Assembly: GCA_951406725.2 (NCBI GenBank)
Contig: OX597831.1
Coordinates: 5,642,001 to 5,706,000 of the forward strand
Direction: 5' to 3'
From: Octopus vulgaris
Taxonomy: Eukaryota
DNA length: 64,000 nucleotides
The notes under the pieces are model-generated. The model saw only the letters and a program-made list of their open reading frames with translations, ran no database searches and was not told the DNA's origin. Both the position numbers and the translations under genes were made by a program. This document shows positions 40,474 through 54,359 of this stretch, one piece after another (position 1 is the stretch's first letter; each line of letters opens with the position of its first letter).

Positions 40474-40890
40474 TCAATGCTGTGGCCATTCAAGTGTGAC
40501 GTTAATTTACTGAGTGATAGATACATCCTCTCTCTCTCTCTCTCTCCTGAGTGCTCACTCACACACATACACAACAATGCTATGATCATTCAACTATAAT
40601 GTTAATTGATTCTGAGTGACAGATACAAACTCTCTTTCTCACTCACACACACACACACTTATACATCAATTCTGTGTTCAATCAACTGTGATATTAAATC
40701 GATTCTGAGTGATAGATGAATCCTCTCTCTCTCTCTCTCTCTCTCTCACTCACTCATCAATGCTGTGTTCATTCAACTGTGATGTTAATTGACTCTGAGT
40801 GAAGTGATAGATACGTCCCCTCTCTCTCTCTTTTTCATATCAATACTGTGTTCATTCAACCGTGATGTTAATAATCGTTACGTGACAGAT
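40474..40890. repeat. Five ~85-100-bp units separated by variable (CT)n/(CA)n
   Basis: Unit caatgctgtgttcattcaactgtgatgttaattgattctgagtgatagata. Confidence 0.8.
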
Positions 40891-41711
40891 AATGTCCTGT
40901 CTCTCGTGCAGTGATATTCTTTATCATTCAGTGAATAAGAAACAAAATGGAAGTCCTCACATGAGTTCGATGTTTTGCCTTGTGACAGCGACTTAACTGC
41001 AATGAATAATGAATAATGAATAATGAAGATGGAGGCAGCTTAGAATGGTTGCTCAGCGATGATATTGATTTGTTTTGAGTAGACACACAGACAAGATTTA
41101 TAACAAAGCAAGTAAATTTTCTTAATTACCCCCTTAATTACTAGTAATTAAGGGATTTCCGTAACTCAGGATATTTCTCTGGCATTTATGCATCATGTAT
41201 GATACACATTCTCAATTCTTTTTCAATTGCCAGAAGAACTTCGGGTCAATCAAAGCCTTGTAAGTGGATGTGGTAGACAGAAACTGAAAGAAGCCCATCA
41301 TATGTGTGTGTGTGTATGTGTATATGTATATATGAGTGTGCATATGTATATATGTGTGTGTGTGTATATATATATACAAGTGTGTGAGCATATATATATA
41401 TGTATGTGTGTGTGTATAGGACTTGTAAAAAGAAGTCTCCATATGACTCAGATATTATGAAACAAGGGCAATCTAAAAGTCTAAAAACCAGCATGATGTT
41501 TGGACAAATTTGTGAAAATGCTGTGGACAGCAAAGGATTAATTCTTTGTTGTATTTAAGGAGAAATTTGTTGTGTGTCCTTGTAATGTTTTCTCTTTTAT
41601 TGCCCTTGTGGCAAATAATAAACAATAATAAATTATTGATTTTGCTGTTTAACTCATTGTCTGTCCTGTGTATTACATATGATGGGACATATTTCCTTGG
41701 CATCCATGTTA

Positions 41712-42004
41712 TGTTTGTTCCTTCTCGAGCCATGCCTAGCACATTAGGGCCGGTTTCCCGGTTTCCTTGGCATACAGGTTCCCCACCTGGACGAGACGCT
41801 GGTCCGTCACAGGTATGCTGCAAGATGCAGGAGGAAAGAGTGAGAGAAAGTTGTGGCGAAAGAGTCGGCAGAAGTTCGCCGTTACCTTCTGCCGGAACCA
41901 CGTGGAGCATAGGTGTTTCGCTCATAAACACACATATCGCCCGGGCTGAGATTCGAACCCACGACCCCTCAACCGCTGCTCTAACCACTAGGCCATGTGC
42001 CTCC
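41712..42004 (-). mobile_element. SINE family C variant with V-domain-like tail
   Basis: tRNA head with gttcgaatc; tail ctgtgacggaccagcgtctcgtccagg...ggaaaccggg. Confidence 0.8.
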
Positions 42005-42849
42005 ATTTTGGCATCCATGCATCATATATGATACACATTCCCTAATTTTTTTTCAACCACTAGAGTGTTATGGTTACCGCATGGAAAGGAAATAGTCCCC
42101 GCACGAAACCAAGTGAAACAAAACAGGTCTGGACAATAATAGTTATGTAGTGAGAAATATGGTAAAAATTTACAATAATGGCAGTACAGAGTTGTTACGA
42201 AATAATCGAGTCAATATCCAAATATTGGCCAAGGTAAAATAGTCACCAGAATCATGAGTCCAAGAAGTATAAATTGAAAATGTGAGTTCTTGATAACAGA
42301 GAGCTCAAAGTCAAAAATGGTTGTATTTCTTGCTCAAAAACGTCAGCAAAAGAGACCAATAGAATAAGTACTATGCTTACAAAGAATAAGTCCTGGGGTT
42401 GATTTGCTCAACTAAAGGCAGTGCTCCAGCATGGCCAAGTCAAATGACTGAAACAAGTAAAAGAGTAAAGAGGTCAAGATACTCTTATTTTAGTTAACTT
42501 TATTACTTTCCAGTTAGAAGTACCATAACCAGGAGTATCACAGAACAAGAGGGAACTTTACTGCTTGAGAGAGCTCTACTGCCCTTAACAGACAGGAGCA
42601 CCATACAACAGGAGGGAGTCCTTTGCTTCAGCTTTTCATAGTGAAGAGTACCATAGAGCTTGAGCAACATTTTACATTTCAGCTAACTCAGTAAATGCTG
42701 AGAGAAGAGAGTAACAGAACCAAAGATAACTGGTAACCCAGAAAACACTGACAGCTGCAATCAGTTTACATCCAAGTCACTGACATCGAGAAAGTCTTTA
42801 AGGAATCTCGTACACATTACAGCACTGCTTCTCCTAGCACCAAAGTATG

Positions 42850-43500
42850 GTCCTATATTGTCCCTACATTAAAACATAAGAGCCTTCTTCCTTGTCCCCA
42901 CATTAAAATACAAGGTTCTTCTACCTAGGCCCTACATTAAAACATGGGATTTTTCTTTCTTGCTCCTACAATAAAATATAAAGTCCTTCTATCTAGTCCC
43001 TAAATTAAAATATAAGGCTCTTCTACCCAGTCCCTAAATTAAAATATAAGGTCCTTCTACTGGGTCCCAACATTAAAATATAATGTCTTTCTAACTGTCC
43101 CTAGATTAAATTATAAGGCATTTCTATCTAGTCCCTAAATTAAAATATAAGGTCCTTCTACTTAGTCCCTACAATGAAATAAAGGTCCATCTACCTAGTC
43201 CCGACATGAAACTTTAGGGTCCTCCTAGATTGTTCCTGCAATAGAATATAAGGTTCTCCCTAATTCTTACACTAAACTGTGAAGACCCCCTAGCTAATCC
43301 CTAAATGAAAATATAAGGTTCTTCTACTTAATCCCTATACTAAAAAGTGGACTCCTCCTAGCCTGTTCCTTCACTAAAATATGGGGATCTCCTATCTTAT
43401 CCCTGTCCCTTCACTAAGATATAAGGTCTTCTAAACTTGTCCATACACTAAAATATTGGGTCCTTTTACCTTGTCCCTGCACCAAAAAATAGTCCTTTTA
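42850..43500. repeat. ~32-bp degenerate minisatellite (about 20 copies)
   Basis: Unit close to gtccctaaattaaaatataaggtccttctacta. Confidence 0.88.
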
Positions 43501-43829
43501 CCTTGTTAAACAAAAGAATAAAATATCTAACAAGCCTGACGTAATCTCTTAGTTTGGGGTTCAAATTTTGCCTCATCCAACTGATATTTCTCACTCTCTG
43601 GGTCTCACCAAAATAAAATACGTGTTACTGTTGTAGTGTCTGATGTTATGTTTGTTGTAACACAGCCCAACTATGATACAAATAGCAACCAACATGAGGA
43701 CAGAAAAAGCAATCTAGTTGGCTGATAACACCTACCAAGAACTGGTCAGGATTGTGATGACCCATTCACTTTTGATGCCAGTATGGAAATTGGATGTGCA
43801 AATGAAAAATAATAATGTTGTTGTCTTCT

Positions 43830-44329
43830 TCTTTTAATCAGGACTCACGCCATTAGCCACAAAGAATAATCTCTAATTCAAGCCTACTCTAAGCTACTAA
43901 GAATGTGTGTGCCAACTTAAGATCCACCCACCGCACGCTAAAGACTGGTGGTTGCACGGGCGCGAAAGCTACGTTGTTATCCTCATTCCGTAAACTGTGG
44001 CTTTTTAACGGGTTAAGAGCTAAACCATCCTGGGGTACATAAACCATCCTGGGGTACAGAGGATTCGCAATCTAGACTAGGGTCTGAAAGTTTACCACAC
44101 CTTAGTGGGTTACACCACGGTTCCTCTGCTTTGTGGCAGAAATAGGATGAAAGAGTGAGAGAAAGTTGTGGTGAAAGAGTACAGTGGGGTTCATCACCAC
44201 ACCCCACCGGAGCCTCGTGGAGCTTAGGTGTTTTTGCTCAATAAACACTCACAATGCCTGGTCTGGAAATCAAAACCGCGTTCTTATGACCGCAAGTCCG
44301 CTGCCCTAACCACTGGGCCATTGCACCTC
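43830..44329 (-). mobile_element. SINE family C with a long distinct tail
   Basis: Same head and body at 44145-44329; about 300 bp of unrelated tail. Confidence 0.75.
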
Positions 44330-44514
44330 CACTGATGTTGTTGTTGCAGTTATTGTTGTTACTCCCACAACACTGGGATTGACAATCGCTTTTATTGTTG
44401 TTGCTTAGACCTCGATCAGGCATCATTTAGCAGAGCTTTAGTCAAAGGTGTTGCTTACATGATCATCCTACCTGTATACAGGTGTTAGGTATCCCAGGAT
44501 ACCTTTACATGACA

Positions 44515-44925
44515 GCTGTGTTCACTATGTCAATAGTTCAATAAGCTAACATGACAACATAGTCACTCAATCAGTTGTTCAATACTCTACCTTGAGACAG
44601 CATTCACTAGGTCAGTAGTTCAATACTCTAACATGACACTGTGATCATTAGACCTCTAGTTCATACCTAAACAGAACAGGGTGTTCACTAGATCACTAGT
44701 TCAATACCCAAACACAATACTGTGTTCACTAGACCTCTAGTTATATACCCAAATATAAGTGTGTTCACTAGATTTCTAGTTCAATACCTTAACATGACAT
44801 TGTTTTCACTAGATCAGTAGTTCAATACAAAAACCAAAGGTACTGTTTACTAGGTCAGTAGTTCAATACTCTAACATGACACTGTGGTCATTAGACCTCT
44901 AGTTCAATACCCAAATATAAGTGTG
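44515..44925. repeat. ~36-bp degenerate minisatellite (about 11 copies)
   Basis: Unit close to gtgttcactagatcagtagttcaatactctaacatgaca. Confidence 0.85.
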
Positions 44926-45715
44926 CTGGTGGCACGTGAAAAAACATTGAGCATGGTCATTTTATGTGCAGGTGATGGACATAAATGGGTTTTGAGTGGG
45001 TGTATGAGAGAGACAAAGAGGGAGGAGTGATATAGGAGAAAGGAATAAAAAATAAGAGAGTGGTAAAAGGGTAAAAGTGAGAAAATAGAAATAATAAAGT
45101 TAATAAAATAAAATAAAAGTAAAGGTAATGAGAGATATATCATAAAAGGGTTTTGTGAGTGAGTATGGATGGGAGAGAGGAAAAAGGGAATAAAATAAAA
45201 TAAGATAGAGGTAACAGGGTAAGAATAAAAATAAAAATAAATAAAAGTAAAGGTAAGGATATAGCTATGTCAGTATTGTAAGGGGGTTAGAGGTCAAACA
45301 TTAAAGTTTCAGTAGAGTTGGGGTGGAAGGCCAATTTAGGTAAGGTTATAAGGACAATAATTTAGTGCAGGTATTTAAAAATTGTATTTCAAGCTTAATA
45401 GCAATAAAATGATATGAAATAAAGGATTAAGAATTGAAATTAATACACAAAATTAAAATTTAAAAAAACCCACAAAAACTAAAAATTAAAAGTTACTGAG
45501 TTGAAACTAGGTAGTTTCTAAGATACTTATATTGATGGAGAGGTAGGGGAAAAGAAGAGAGTCTACACACACACACACACACACACACATAGAGAGATAT
45601 GCAAAAATTTACATTCAGATGAATATGGTACCTAAGTTGAGGCACCAGAATTTAGTACGGTATTTCAAAATAAGGTGATTAAAATCAAAATAAGCAACAA
45701 GGATATCCAGAGCTA

Positions 45716-45803
45716 ATGCAGTACGATCGTTTCATGCAACTCCATTTAATTGAACAATGCTATCATTACATCAATTTAAATGCAGTGCAATCCTCAGCTG
45801 CAT
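45716..45803 (-). ncRNA. Type I hammerhead ribozyme with long stem II, core intact
   Basis: ATGCAG-CTGAGGA-TTGCACTGCATTTAAATTGA(loop)TCAATTAAATGGAGTTGCAT-GAAA-CGATCG-TA-CTGCAT; lies within inverted repeat 45676-46008. Confidence 0.82.
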
Positions 45804-46455
45804 AAAGACGTAGAATTTAATTAAATTAAAACAGATGGACACATTAGTATAATTTTAACTAAAATCTCCAAGACGGTAAGGAGATACACAAAGAACATGC
45901 TTAGGTAATTAATGTAATGACTGCACTGTTCAATTAAATGGAGTTGTTTGAAACGATCGTACTGCATTACCTCTGGATATCCTTGTTGCTTATTTTGATT
46001 TTAATTACATAGAGATATGTGTAAAATATATAGGGTAGCAAATATTTTTAGAAATTTCACTACCAGTGGCCTAGCATGTATAAAAAGTCAATATATATAT
46101 ATGTATATATATACATATATATACATACACACACATACATACACATATATATACACACACATATTTGTACATATATATATATATATATATACACATATTT
46201 GTACATATATATATATGCACATATATATACATATATACATACATATATGCACATATATATACATATACACAGACATATATATATATATATATATACACAT
46301 ACATATTTATACATATATGTGTATATATATATACACATATATACAAATATATATAAACACATTCTGGTGTAGGCTTTGACCTGGGTGGCTTTTGAGGTAT
46401 CGTCCCACCCATGTCAGCATGGAGCATAGATGTTAAATGATGATGATGATGATGA

Positions 46456-46512
<57 letters not shown>

Positions 46513-46590
46513 TTCATATTTCCTCATGTTGAACTGTCGCTACACCTTTTTTCATTTCATCTCTTGTTTTCTGTAAATTTGAACTATGCA

Positions 46591-46627
<37 letters not shown>

Positions 46628-47009
46628 CACAGGTGTGGCTCTGTGTGAAGTAGCTTGCTTACCAACCACATGGTTCCAGGTTCATTCCCACTGCATGGCA
46701 CTTTTGGCAAGTGTCTTCTACTATAGCCTTGGGCCGACCAAAGCCTTGTGAGTGGATTTGGTAGACAGAAACTGAAAGAAGCCTGCCATGTATATGTATA
46801 TATATATATCTATATATATATATATACATGCATGTGTGTGTTTATGTTTGTGTGTCTGTGTTTGTTCCCCAACATTGCTTGACAACTGATGGTGGTGTGT
46901 TTACGTCCCCATAACTTAGAGGTTTGGCAAAAGAGACCGATAGAATTTTTACACGCTAGGCCACTGGAAGTGAAAATTTCTATTAATTTTCATTTCCCGT
47001 TGATATGAT

Positions 47010-47048
<39 letters not shown>

Positions 47049-47159
47049 CGGGAAGCTTTATGAAAATAAACAAAAGACGAAGGCAGGTGGAAAACAAACG
47101 AACAATTGTATTAGTATGGCGCTCAGGAAATATAAATAAAACAAGTCTATATATATATG

Positions 47160-47207
<48 letters not shown>

Positions 47208-48917
47208 TACAGACAAACATAAACATCCTAGTACGAAGAAAATCCCTAATGATAGCCTGTTCTATATTGCAGGAGTGTAATTCACTGCGTATCAATGTTC
47301 AGTATGTGGACACTTGAAATATGTAATATATTCCACTTGATAAGACGTCTCAAATATTTCACTCAAACACACACACACACACACACACAAATGCACACAC
47401 ACCCTGACCACCACAACACACCCCTACCTAGAACAGCAACAACAAAAAATGTACAATAAACAAATAAACAATATATATATATGAATGATTTAAGAGAGGT
47501 GTGTGTGTATATGTAATATCATTATTGCCAGCATATATATAAACAGATGGGAGTGGTCCAATATTCACATGTATACCGCTAAGCACACAAATATGAGCTC
47601 ATACATACATGTCACACCTCGCCACACCAAACACACACACACATACAGAGTAGTGTAAAAGTTTCAAGCAGTGATGTTAATTGAGTTAGGAAATGTGTTA
47701 ACAAGTGGTTATTTCTTCCATTTGACAGCTTTACTTGATAAAATTGCCGTTCAGCTTATGACCAGGATATGGTTTCATTTGCTGGTTGAAGACACTTCAC
47801 CATATTCCTGCTACCAGCACAAATGACAACAGTAGGAATGCCACTGCATTTCCCCTAAAGTACAGGACTTTTCTCCCCTTCCCATTTCCGCTGTGTTTCT
47901 GCCTTGCAAACCAGTTACACACTGAAATGCGGTTGGTGTTAAGAGTTAAGAAGAGCATCCAGCCATAGAAAACGTGCTGAAGCTAACAGTAAAGCTTGGC
48001 ACAACCTTGCAGCTCACCACTGAATAAACTTAAGATACAAGGCCTTTTCGTTTTGTCTGTTGCCATTCTTTTTCTGTCTTGCAACCCACTTGAAAACCTC
48101 ACTAGTGATGATGGCTTGAAAAAAATAAATACCCAGAACACACCATAAGATGTTTGGGGGTTAGAAAGGGCATCAAGACATAGAAAAATATCAAAACTGA
48201 CTTGCAGTTTGCTGCTTTCTCATTTCTTTACTACCCATAAGGGGCTAAACATAGAGGGGACAAACAAGGACAGACAAAGGGATTAAGTCGATTACATCGA
48301 GTCCAGTGCGTAACTGGTACTTATTTAATCATGGAAAACGGGTATTAAATGATGACGACAACAACAATGATGATGATGATGATGATACAAAGAGGAGGAG
48401 GAGGAGGAGGAAGACTCAAGCGTTAAAAATGCTATCTTCATAGGGACACAGATTCAGATTTAAAGAAGAAAGATGAAACTAAGATGTAAAACAGACATCC
48501 ATGGCTATGTGATAAGAAATCTGCTTCCCAACCATATGGTTCCAGGTTCAGTCCCACTGGGGGGCACCTTGGGCAAGTGTCTTCTCTTATAGCACGAACC
48601 AATCAAAACCTTACAAACTGAGAGGAAAGAAGTGTGTGTGTGTGTGAGTGTCTCTTTGCCTTGACTTTGAGCGATAGCTGCAAATGATTGTTTACTGTCA
48701 TTAACGCAGTGTCCTTCATTTCCAGTCTGCCACGAAAAACATGTCTGGCCTCGGGGATAATATTCACCTGATATAGGAACAGGTGAGGGCTGGCAACAGG
48801 AAGGGCACCCAGCCGTAGAAAATCCACCTCAGCAAATTCTGTTCAATCCATGACAGCATGGGAAAGCGGATCTTAAAATGACGAAGATGACGATGATGAT
48901 AACATTGATGATGATGT

Positions 48918-48951
<34 letters not shown>

Positions 48952-49535
48952 ACATCAGTTCTTGGCAGTGTGCAATATGTGCATGCCTATATTCAACATC
49001 AGCTTTTGGGAATACACAATATACAATTCTGTGTGTATATATTCTGTATGGGCTTTTGGGAAAGTACATTTGCGTGTGTATAAATTTCACATCAGTTTTT
49101 GGCAGTGTACATAGAGCGTGTGTATATATTCTGCATAAGTTCTGCTTTACTCTGGCATTTGTGTTGTTTCTTGGGGTGTTTTAGTGTTCTGTCTGTTGTT
49201 TATGTTATCTTTTTGCGTGTAGAGGTGGTGGTGTGATTGAGTGCAGTCGGTGTTATGTGTGAGCTGGTGGTAGCAGTGGCAGCGGTGGTGGTGGTGGTGT
49301 GTAGGATGTTATTATTTTTAGTCGAATCTAAGGTGGAAAGCTGGTAGAGTCATTACTGTGTCAGACAAAAATGCTTAGCATTTCTCCCGGCTCTTTGCGT
49401 TCTGTTGAATTTGATTTTGCTCTGCATCCTTTTAGGGTCGATAAAATAAGGACCAATTTAACAAAAAGCAGCCAGTTCTTCTGTCGGTTCACAAACTTCC
49501 ACTTATCAATTAATGAAATGCAATTCTCGTATTGT

Positions 49536-49840
49536 GGAAGCGCAATGGTCCAGTGGTTAGGGCAGCGGGCTCGCGGTCGGAGTATCGTGATTTCGATTCC
49601 AAGACTGGGCGTTGTGTGTGTTTATTGAGCAAAAACACCTAAAGCTCCACGAGGCTTGGGCAGGGAGTGGTGGCGACCCCTGTTGTACTCTTACACCCCA
49701 ATTTTCTCCTCACTCTTTCTTCCTGTTTCTTGAGTAACGCTGCGATGGACTGGCGTCCCGTCCAGCTGGGGAGAACACATACGCCATAGAAACTGGGAAA
49801 CCAGGCCCATGAGCCTGGCCAAGCTTGAAAAAGGTGCATA
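49536..49840 (+). mobile_element. SINE family C with V-domain-like tail
   Basis: Same head; tail ctgcgatggactggcgtcccgtccag...gaaactggg. Confidence 0.85.
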
Positions 49841-50522
49841 AAATAAATAAATAAAATTCTCATATTAATTTCATCAGGTCGTCACTGGAGCAAATATCAC
49901 TGCAGGTCGGACCCAACATTAAAGTGTTGTCACCTTGGTATAAGTTCATTAAGGTTCTGTCCTCAGCCTCCTCCTATTCATTGTAACCCACCAAGCTGTA
50001 ATACCTCTCCAGGGTACTCAAGTTCTAGCTGAATCTAGCACAGAAATAACAGAAGTGATTCCAAACATGAAAGCAAAACTTGCAATCTAATAATACAGGT
50101 CTATATTTAAGAGATGAGGAATTATGTATATGATGTACATTATTTACAGGAGTGGCTGTGTGGTAAGTAGCTTGCTAACCAACCACATGGTTCCGGGTTC
50201 AGTCCCAGTGCTTGGCATCTTGGGCAAGTGTCTTCTGCTATAGCCCCAGGCCGACCAATGCCTTGTGAGTGGATTTGGTAGACGGAAACTGAAAGAAACC
50301 TGTCGTATATATGTATATATATATGTATATGTGTTTGTCCCCCTAGCATTGCTTGACAACCGATGCTGGTGTGTTTACGTCCCCGTCACTTAGCGGTTCC
50401 GCAAAAGAGACCGACAGAATAAGTACTGGGCTTACAAAGAATAAGTCCCGGGGTCGATTTGCTTGACTAAAGGTGGTGCTCCAGCATGGCTGCAGTCAAA
50501 TGACTGAAACAAGTAAAAGAGT

Positions 50523-50658
50523 ATTTACATTTGACGGATATTTGTCCTCATCTTGTTTGTTGTTAACACGTTTTGGCCCGTTTACTCTCCAGCCTTCATC
50601 AGGTGTCTTGGGGAAATTTCGAACCTGGGTTCTCATTCCTAAGGTATTTTTACGATGT

Positions 50659-50690
<32 letters not shown>

Positions 50691-50956
50691 CTACTATTAT
50701 TATTCAGGTCACTGCTTGGAATCAAACTCAGAATCTTGGGGTTAGTAGTCCATGCTCTTAGCCACTACACCATATGCCCCAAGATTCCGAGTTTGATTCC
50801 AGGCAGTGACCTGATTAATAATAATAATAATAATACCTTAGGAATGAGAACCCAGGTTTGAAATTTCCCCAAGACACCTGATGAAGGCTGGAGGGTAAAC
50901 AGACCAAAACGTTAACAACAAACAAGATGAGGACAAATATCCATCTAATGTAAATA
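50523..50956. mobile_element. Inverted dimer of the PLE terminus seen at 3810-4146
   Basis: Arms about 50523-50741 and 50777-50956; both carry gacacCTGATGAaggctg with GAAA decayed to AAAA. Confidence 0.85.
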
Positions 50957-50964
50957 ATTGAAAT

Positions 50965-51335
50965 CTAATGCCCTCAAAGAAAACTTAGCAAACATTAAAG
51001 TATTTGTAAGTCGTAAAGAAGATAGAGTTTTGCTACCATTAGGAAAAAGGCCTTGACCCCCAGTGTGCAGAAAAGGAGTAGATAGGAGTACCATACACTG
51101 TATCCAGTGTAAACTATGGACACACAGGAGGTACTGAAACAGGTGCTGAGCAGGCTGGCAGAGCAGACTTTGTATGTAGCAGATGCACAGCAGTAGAAAA
51201 CACTAAGGGTAAACAGGAAGTAGATTCTGTTACATGCTCAGGAGGGTCCCTACAAGTGGTCGATAGCTTTTGTTAGAAATGGGAGTGAGTGTTCTGAAAG
51301 TATAGTAGCCAGTATAAGAACTGTTTAGAAAATGT
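50965..51335 (+). pseudogene. Internal RTE LINE fragment including the Cys/His-rich insert after the RT core
   Basis: Frameshifted NLANIKVFVSRK...VCRKGV..IHCIQCKLWTHRR...FVCSRC...LQVVDSFC. Confidence 0.75.
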
Positions 51336-51338
51336 TGG

Positions 51339-51382
<44 letters not shown>

Positions 51383-52836
51383 TCATCATCATTTAGCGTC
51401 CGCTTTCCATGCTAGCATGGGTTGGACGGTTCAACTAGGGTCTGGGAAGCCAGAGGGCTGCACCAGGCCCAGTCTGATCTGGCAATGTTTCTATGGCTGG
51501 ATGCCCTTCCTAATGCCAACCACTCCGTGAGCATATATATATATATATATATATGCGTGATAGGCTTCTTTCCATTTCCATCTACCAAATTTTATTACAA
51601 GGCTTTGGTTCGCCTGAAACTATAGTAGAAAACTCTTGCTCAAGGTTCCTTGCACTGAGATTGAACTGAGAACCATGTGGTTTGAAAGCAAACTTCTTAC
51701 CACACAGCCATGCTTGAGCCTATATATTTGGTGTGTCAAGTGTATGTGTGCTGGAGTGTGAGATAGTTGGTATATGCAAGAGAGAGAGGGGGAGATAGAG
51801 CATGTGTGTGTGGGAGACAGAGCATGTGTGTGTGTGTGAAAGACAGACCATGTGTGTGCGTGTATATAACAAAGCCAGAAAAAGAGAAAAAAGTGTTTAT
51901 TTACGATTTGACTAGTTTTAAAGTGGAGCCTGGCTGTGTCTATATAAACCTATCATTTTATGACAACAATAATATTATTTTACACACAATCACAGTTTCT
52001 CAACAAACTCTGCCCACATGTTACACACAACAGGCTGAATCGGTAAACATTTATTTTCCCCCTCATTCAGCTTTAACATGACAGTAATCTCAACACTTTA
52101 GTATCAATCATCTAGTAGCACGACTACCATGTAGGAGCTACATTCAATACACCATGTGGGGGTTGCGTTTAATATTAAATGGGACTTAGTCTCAAATTCC
52201 ATGTGGGAGATACCATATTATACAGGGGTGTTATTCTCACCACAGCTTGTTGGGGTTGTACTCCATATGGCGTTAAGGAGTTGCACTCACTATACCTATT
52301 TCTTTACTACCCACAAGGGGCTAAACACAGAGGGGACAAACAAGGACAGACATAGGTATTAAGTCGATTACATCGACCCAAGTGCGTAACTGGTACTTAA
52401 TTTATCGACCCCGAAAGGATGAATGGCAAAGTCGACCTCGACAGAATTTGAACTCACAACGTAACGGCAGACGAAATACCGCTAAGCATTTCGCCCGGCG
52501 TGCTAACATTTCTGCCAGCTCACTATACCATCATCATCATTTAATGTCCATCTTCCATGATGGCACAGGTTGGATGGTCTGACAGGAGCTGGCAAGCCAG
52601 AGAGCTACACCAGGCACCAGTTGCCTGTTTTGGCATGGTTTCTATGGCTGGATCCCCTTCCTAATGCCATCCACATTACAGAGTTTACTGGGTGCTTTCG
52701 AAGTGGCACCAGCACAGGTGCTTTATATGTGGGCCCAGCAGGGTCACCAAGTACCTTGCAAAACACAGACTTCTAGGCTGAGAAAAGAAGTGGAACCAAG
52801 GGAGGTGGCTGTGAGCCAGGTGAGAGTTTAAAGCGG

Positions 52837-53083
52837 CAGTTCTCAACCGGGGTTCTCCAGAACCCTAGGGTTCCACAAACGGTTCCTAGGGGTTCCGCAA
52901 GAAGGAGTCAGATGAGCCAATGTTAATTTCATGATCATAATATTACTAATCATGCACAACATATTATTGGTTATTGCAATATTGTAACATAGGCAACATT
53001 CTATCCAACCTATTATGTCATAAAAAAAATCTGTACTTTATTGACACTATATGTATATATATGTGTGTGTGTGGGTGTGTGTG

Positions 53084-53136
<53 letters not shown>

Positions 53137-53267
53137 ATATTTACCATGTGACCTATGATGAAAAAAATATGAGAAAGATATGGTATATAATTTTTTTTGC
53201 AGGGGTTCCTTGAGACGTGTAATTTATTTTAAGGGTTACGCAAGGGTAAAAAGGTTGAGAAACACTG
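52837..53267. mobile_element. hAT-like MITE with internal (TA)n
   Basis: Ends gttctcaacc...ggttgagaaacactg; internal gggttcc repeats. Confidence 0.6.
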
Positions 53268-54359
53268 GGTTAAAGTATAATAGAGGGACAGAGATAGTTG
53301 TCTCGTATTATAGAGGGGAATATCTGGCTATCCTAATTAGACAGAGGAGAAGAGGAAAGGGAGAGAGAGTTAGAGGAAGATAGACAAATATTTAGAGAGA
53401 GAGAGAGAGAGAGAGGGGGGAAAGAAATGAATGGTGCTGGGGATGTATAGGGGCTAGTGGGGAGTTACTCTCACCATACAACAAAGAATATATAATGTGT
53501 GAAGCATCCAAGACGGTGAGCTGGCAAGAACGTTAGCACGTCGGGCAAAATGCTTAGCGGTATTTCATCTGTCTTTACATTCTGAGTTCAAATTCCGCCG
53601 AGGTCGACTTTGCCTTTCATCCTTTTGCGGTCAATAAATTAAGTACCAGTTGCGCACTGGGGTCGATCTAATCAACCCCCACCCCAAAAATATATTCTAC
53701 ATGTTTTATATTCAAACTGGCGATATCTAGCCTCTCACTCCTAACCTACAATGCCATTCTGAAAATAAGCATTCACATCATTGAAACCTCAAAGCTATAA
53801 GATAATGCATGATTAATTCAAAACAATTTGAGTGAAATATCAATGTAGAGTATCTCTACATTTAAAGGGCTTATTATGGGCAGAGTACATTTTTAACTTG
53901 GCTTTTAGATGTTTATTATGGGCTTGGTTGACACCAGTTAATCTAAGGCAATGATACAAAGTACTTGCCGAAGGTGCCATGCAGCAGTTATGAACCCAAA
54001 ACTAGGTGAACGTAAAGCACATTTTTTCAAGCTCATTGCCCTTCCTGGCCCATTCATAGATAAGAGCTAAATCTAAGCCATTATGCTTATCTAAAACAGA
54101 TATCAACAGCCTAGGTCTATCCTCAACTGTCTTAAGTACCGTTTTATCAGGCATATAAGTTGGTATGGTTTATAGTGTAAACATGTAGTGCAAACACTCA
54201 AACATCATCACAACCTTTGCAAATCCGGTTGTATTTCACATGCGATTTTGGGTCTTCCAAAATTGTCTAGGTGTGTGTATGAGTTGATCTACCATGTTTT
54301 AGCTGTAAATTTTGATCTGAAAATTTCAACTTGTATGTCAGAGAATACCATATCATCAC

